NCBI GenBank assembly: GCA_011049045.1
Contig: DSCO01000057.1
Location: forward strand, 8,015 to 72,014
Direction of reading: 5' to 3'
DNA from: Methanomicrobia archaeon
GTDB taxonomy: Archaea; Halobacteriota; Syntropharchaeia; Alkanophagales; Methanospirareceae
Length of the DNA stretch: 64,000 nucleotides
Within the stretch, counting starts at the first letter, position 1; every line of letters begins with the position of its first letter. A model generated the notes under the pieces. It saw only the letters and a program-made list of their open reading frames with translations. It had not been told where the DNA came from and ran no database searches. Made by a program: the position numbers and the translations under genes. Below, piece by piece: positions 59,230-64,000 of the stretch.

Positions 59230-59550
59230 ATGAGGATCGGGATAGTGGTGTACTCTAACGACCCAGAAAGTGTATGGAACGCATTTCGGTTTGGTAATTT
59301 TGCTTTGGGCTCGGGAGATGAAGTAAAAGTGTTCTTGCTCGGCAAAGGCGTTGAGTGTGAATCCATTGACACGGAGAAATTTAAGGTGACGGACCAGATG
59401 CGGACGTTTATTGCTAGCGGTGGCTGTATCCTCGCCTGCGGCTCGTGTCTTAAAATTCGGAACTCCGAAGGATCAGAAATGTGTCCTTTAACAACGATGA
59501 AGGATTTATATGAGATCGTAACGGGTTGCGATAAAATCGTTACCTTTTAA
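59230..59550 (+). CDS. DsrE/DsrF-like family protein
   Basis: 106 aa; MRIGIVVYSNDPE…, conserved Cys (GGCILACGSC). Confidence 0.55.
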   Translation: MRIGIVVYSNDPESVWNAFRFGNFALGSGDEVKVFLLGKGVECESIDTEKFKVTDQMRTFIASGGCILACGSCLKIRNSEGSEMCPLTTMKDLYEIVTGCDKIVTF

Positions 59551-59837
59551 AAAACGCAGCAGAAAAGCGTGTAGTCCGTTTGCCTGCGTTTTATGCGGGG
59601 CTGCAACGCATGCGCGGCCTCCAAGACGAGGGCGCATGCAGGGTAAGCACCCGTGAGAGTAGCCCTTCTACGCGCAGGACCTAACAGCAGGGAGAAGCTC
59701 TTGTAATCGGGCCAGGGCCGCTTTGCTCGTGGAGTCCGAAAGGTATATTTTTGATGAGTACTGACGTTTAGTGTAAGGTAACCCGTCTTGGTGGGCGGTC
59801 CGAAATTCCGAACCCTCGCTATAGGCGGATAAAAAAC

Positions 59838-60122
59838 ATGAATAGGGAAGAACTATTCGAAAAAATCGCCAGTCTCCTTAAAGGTCATGGGGTGCAAAAG
59901 GTGGCTGTCTTTGGCTCTTATGTCCGAGGTGAGGAAAAACCGGGAAGTGATATAGATATTATTGTGGAGTTTTCAGAGAGAAAAAGCCTTCTTCAACTCG
60001 TGAAAATAGAACGAGAGTTGTCTGAGGAGTTGGGAATAAAAGTGGATTTGGTAACAGAGAAATCCATAAGTCCCTATTTAATCGATACGATAAAAAGAGA
60101 GATGAAGACGATTTACGGATGA
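59838..60122 (+). CDS. Nucleotidyltransferase (MNT) antitoxin of HepT/MNT pair
   Basis: 94 aa; GSYVRGEEKPGSDIDIIVEF. Confidence 0.8.
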   Translation: MNREELFEKIASLLKGHGVQKVAVFGSYVRGEEKPGSDIDIIVEFSERKSLLQLVKIERELSEELGIKVDLVTEKSISPYLIDTIKREMKTIYG

Positions 60123-60255
60123 AAAAAGAAGACATTGTATATTTGAAGCATATTTTAGATGCTATAGTCAGAATAGAAAAGTAGACACCGTCGAGAATGA
60201 TATCCCTGTATTGAAAAGCAAATTGAAAGATCTCATTGAAAAAAGGGATATATAA
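60119..60255 (+). pseudogene. HepT (DUF86) toxin remnant with internal deletion/frameshift
   Basis: ATGA-overlapping start MKKEDIVYLKHILDAIVRIEK* then, in +1 frame, …DTVENDIPVLKSKLKDLIEKRDI*; ~60 central codons missing. Confidence 0.55.
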
Positions 60256-60600
60256 ATTGGGTTCGGACTCTCGTGATCTTTCGGATCGCTCGGTGCTAAA
60301 GCGGTCACACCGCCTTTCAAAGGGTGGACTGAATCTTACTCGACCCTCCCCGTGCGGCATGCAGCGAGCCGGGCACGAGTTAACGCGGCTGAAGAGGATA
60401 TAGCAACGATATGTTTCTATCCTTCCTCGTCTTGCTCCTCAGCAATCAGTGACAGGGGCGGCACGAATTAGTCGGATGCCCAAGTGCGTGAACCAGAGTA
60501 CTCTCTTCAGTGCCGCCGAAACCCTCTTCAGGAGGTTATCGATCGCTTGGACATCGTCTGGTTGCTCAGAGCGCACACGGTGCTCATCTTACTTATCCAC

Positions 60601-62502
<1,902 letters not shown>

Positions 62503-62540
62503 CGTTCATTCACCACGTTCTACTCTCACACATACTAATA

Positions 62541-62552
62541 TCCCTGATATAA
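62541..62552 (-). promoter_or_regulatory. Putative TATA box (TTTTTATATCA on minus strand) for acs
   Basis: ~40 nt upstream of acs ATG. Confidence 0.35.
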
Positions 62553-62669
62553 AAAGTCCAATTCCTGCTTTTAAGGCCGTTTAAGAACGTTTCACAACCG
62601 GTATGAACCGCTGTACTCGCTCTTGTACTTCGCTCTCCGCGGGTGTGTGTCAAGCCCCGTAACCGTGTG

Positions 62670-64000
62670 TTACTGGTATTGAGCGCGTTTTTCTTCCAGC
62701 ACAGCCTTCTTCACCAGCAATCGCGCGGTATGCTCGCCCTCCTCACGTATCTCGCTCTCCTTGATAACGAGTCGCTTGTTGAAAAGCGGGCCGTCGAGCA
62801 CCAGCGATTCGAATTCGCCGCCTTCGCCCGCGATGTTCAGGCCTGCTGTCCGCCGTCCGTATTTCGTGAGCTGCTCGTTCAACGCTACCAGACGGTCGAC
62901 GTCAGCCGTTGTTATCCGCCGCCCCAGCCAGCTGCTGTCCAGTCCGTAGGCACTGACCGCCGTGAAGATCACCGCGAACGTGTTGATGACGAGCCGCAGC
63001 TCGGTCTCCTGGTGTATATGCCAGAGCGGTGAGAAGACTCTGAGTTGCTCTTCTCCTGCTATGCGCTCGATGCGGTCCTTCTGATACGTGCTCCATAACG
63101 CGCCGGTGACGACACCCTCGATGCCGTAGCGCTGCTTCGCTGCTCTCAACGCGGTACACAGATCCTCGAGCTCTTGCTCCTCTTCGCCCGCGGTCTCCTG
63201 CGTTATCAGCGGCATGCCCATCGCCTCTGCCTGCAGATCACTCAGCTCCACGGCAGGCGTGTGGAACATATAGGACTCGGGATTTTGGCTCTTGATCGTG
63301 ATCAGGCACTCGACGGGATAGCCTGCCTTCTGCATGAGCCAGAGCGCGAATGTGCTGTCCTTGCCCGAGCTGAAGAGCGCGCCCAGCCGCAGGTTACGCG
63401 CAGGGAAGAACGTGCGCAGGTAATCGCGCGTGTACCGGAAACCGGCCTGTTTCGCCAGCTTCGCCAGCGCCTTCATTACGTTCGCGCCATACTGCACCGC
63501 GCGTTTCTTTCTGTTCGCCGCCTCTGCCAGGCCGAGGTCGCGTGCGATCGCGCGCAGAATGGCCTTGTCCTCGCCGGCAGCCAGTTTATATGCCGCAGGG
63601 ATTCGTAACGCGTAGGCGACGAGCTCAGGCGCCAGGAAGGGTGCACGCAGTGAGATGCCCTGCGCGTTCGCCATCACGTCGTCGCGGTAAAGGTCGCGTT
63701 CATGCATCAGCAGCAGCCCCGAGCGGCATTCCCGATTCACCGCCTCTGGTCGCACGTGTCTATGACGCTCGTAGCCTGCGAAGAGCTCTTCAGTGCCCAG
63801 CCCGTAGAGCACCGTCGCCACACCGTCCTTCTTCGCCTGCTCAGCGGCCGCGTACAGGGGCAGTGCGACACTCACCTTGATGCCGTCCAGATCGTCAAGC
63901 AGCGGGACTACCTTCTGCAGGAGGGTATCCAGCTGCTCAAGCTCGATCTTCGTTATGGTCAGAGGCACGCCCAAATCCGCGGCGATTCGGGTCGCGTACC
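62670..64000 (-). CDS. Partial ORF: asparagine-synthetase-C-terminal-like region fused in-frame to Dph6/MJ0570-like PP-loop ATP pyrophosphatase domain (5' end beyond window)
   Basis: N-part …VLYGLGTEELFAGYERH…GISLRAPFLAPEL…RKKRAVQYG (AsnB C-domain pattern); then LGALFSSGKDSTFAL (SGGKDS PP-loop) …; no stop or ATG between the two parts. Confidence 0.55.
   Translation of the reverse strand, partial: YATRIAADLGVPLTITKIELEQLDTLLQKVVPLLDDLDGIKVSVALPLYAAAEQAKKDGVATVLYGLGTEELFAGYERHRHVRPEAVNRECRSGLLLMHERDLYRDDVMANAQGISLRAPFLAPELVAYALRIPAAYKLAAGEDKAILRAIARDLGLAEAANRKKRAVQYGANVMKALAKLAKQAGFRYTRDYLRTFFPARNLRLGALFSSGKDSTFALWLMQKAGYPVECLITIKSQNPESYMFHTPAVELSDLQAEAMGMPLITQETAGEEEQELEDLCTALRAAKQRYGIEGVVTGALWSTYQKDRIERIAGEEQLRVFSPLWHIHQETELRLVINTFAVIFTAVSAYGLDSSWLGRRITTADVDRLVALNEQLTKYGRRTAGLNIAGEGGEFESLVLDGPLFNKRLVIKESEIREEGEHTARLLVKKAVLEEKRAQYQ

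Overview
The window is a GC-rich (~58-60%) archaeal chromosomal fragment. Archaeal markers are aEF-1alpha with uS10, an HMf-type histone, agmatidine synthetase TiaS, diphthine synthase and A-type proteolipid motifs; F420-type FrhB chemistry suggests a euryarchaeal or Thermoplasmatota-like organism.

The first ~27 kb is mostly housekeeping. It carries rps10-tuf, argS, dph5, coaBC, an orphan pyrI flanked by tRNA-Ala(GGC) and tRNA-Phe(GAA), tldD, tiaS, an S2P protease, larB and a thiL-like gene. It is interrupted by a secreted dockerin/transglutaminase-like protein, a frameshifted cupin paralogue and a degraded IS4-type transposase.

Three things stand out.

1. A translationally coupled operon at 21.1-25.3 kb encodes NuoE-like, NuoF-like (HydB-type, with extra Fe-S domains) and a [2Fe-2S]/[4Fe-4S]-FrhB fusion, followed by an Mth938-domain protein, with an RHH regulator upstream. 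This looks like an undescribed Nuo-type (possibly Bfu-like) NAD(P)H-linked FrhB/F420 oxidoreductase.

2. At 30.3-39.4 kb there is an all-minus-strand envelope/export locus. It has a solitary signal-peptide c-ring proteolipid, a membrane-anchored wHTH sensor, a MacB/FtsX ABC exporter with a CARDB-like surface protein, two paralogous small membrane proteins, a CpxP/Spy-like LTxxQ-repeat periplasmic protein, a 43-aa secreted peptide and a wHTH regulator. Three of its transcription units are preceded by the same ~70-nt promoter/operator element containing a tripled AATTTGG motif.

3. At 47.7-53.3 kb there is an integrated-element remnant: TerS, TerL, a prohead protease/scaffold, and an AT-rich insert carrying an HNH endonuclease and a PD-(D/E)xK-like nuclease.

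The rest of the window holds a P2-type ATPase, a redox island (Rieske, CMD, split polyferredoxin, cupin, Fe-S protein), and an ABC-2 transporter with ArsR. It also holds an FGE-sulfatase-domain lipoprotein, SufS with a Cys-depleted SufU-like protein, an AT-rich patch with a truncated methyltransferase, DsrE-like and a decayed MNT/HepT pair, acs, and an AsnB-like/Dph6-like fusion running off the window edge.

No CRISPR array or rRNA was seen. The ORF track evidently labels GTG/TTG starts as M.
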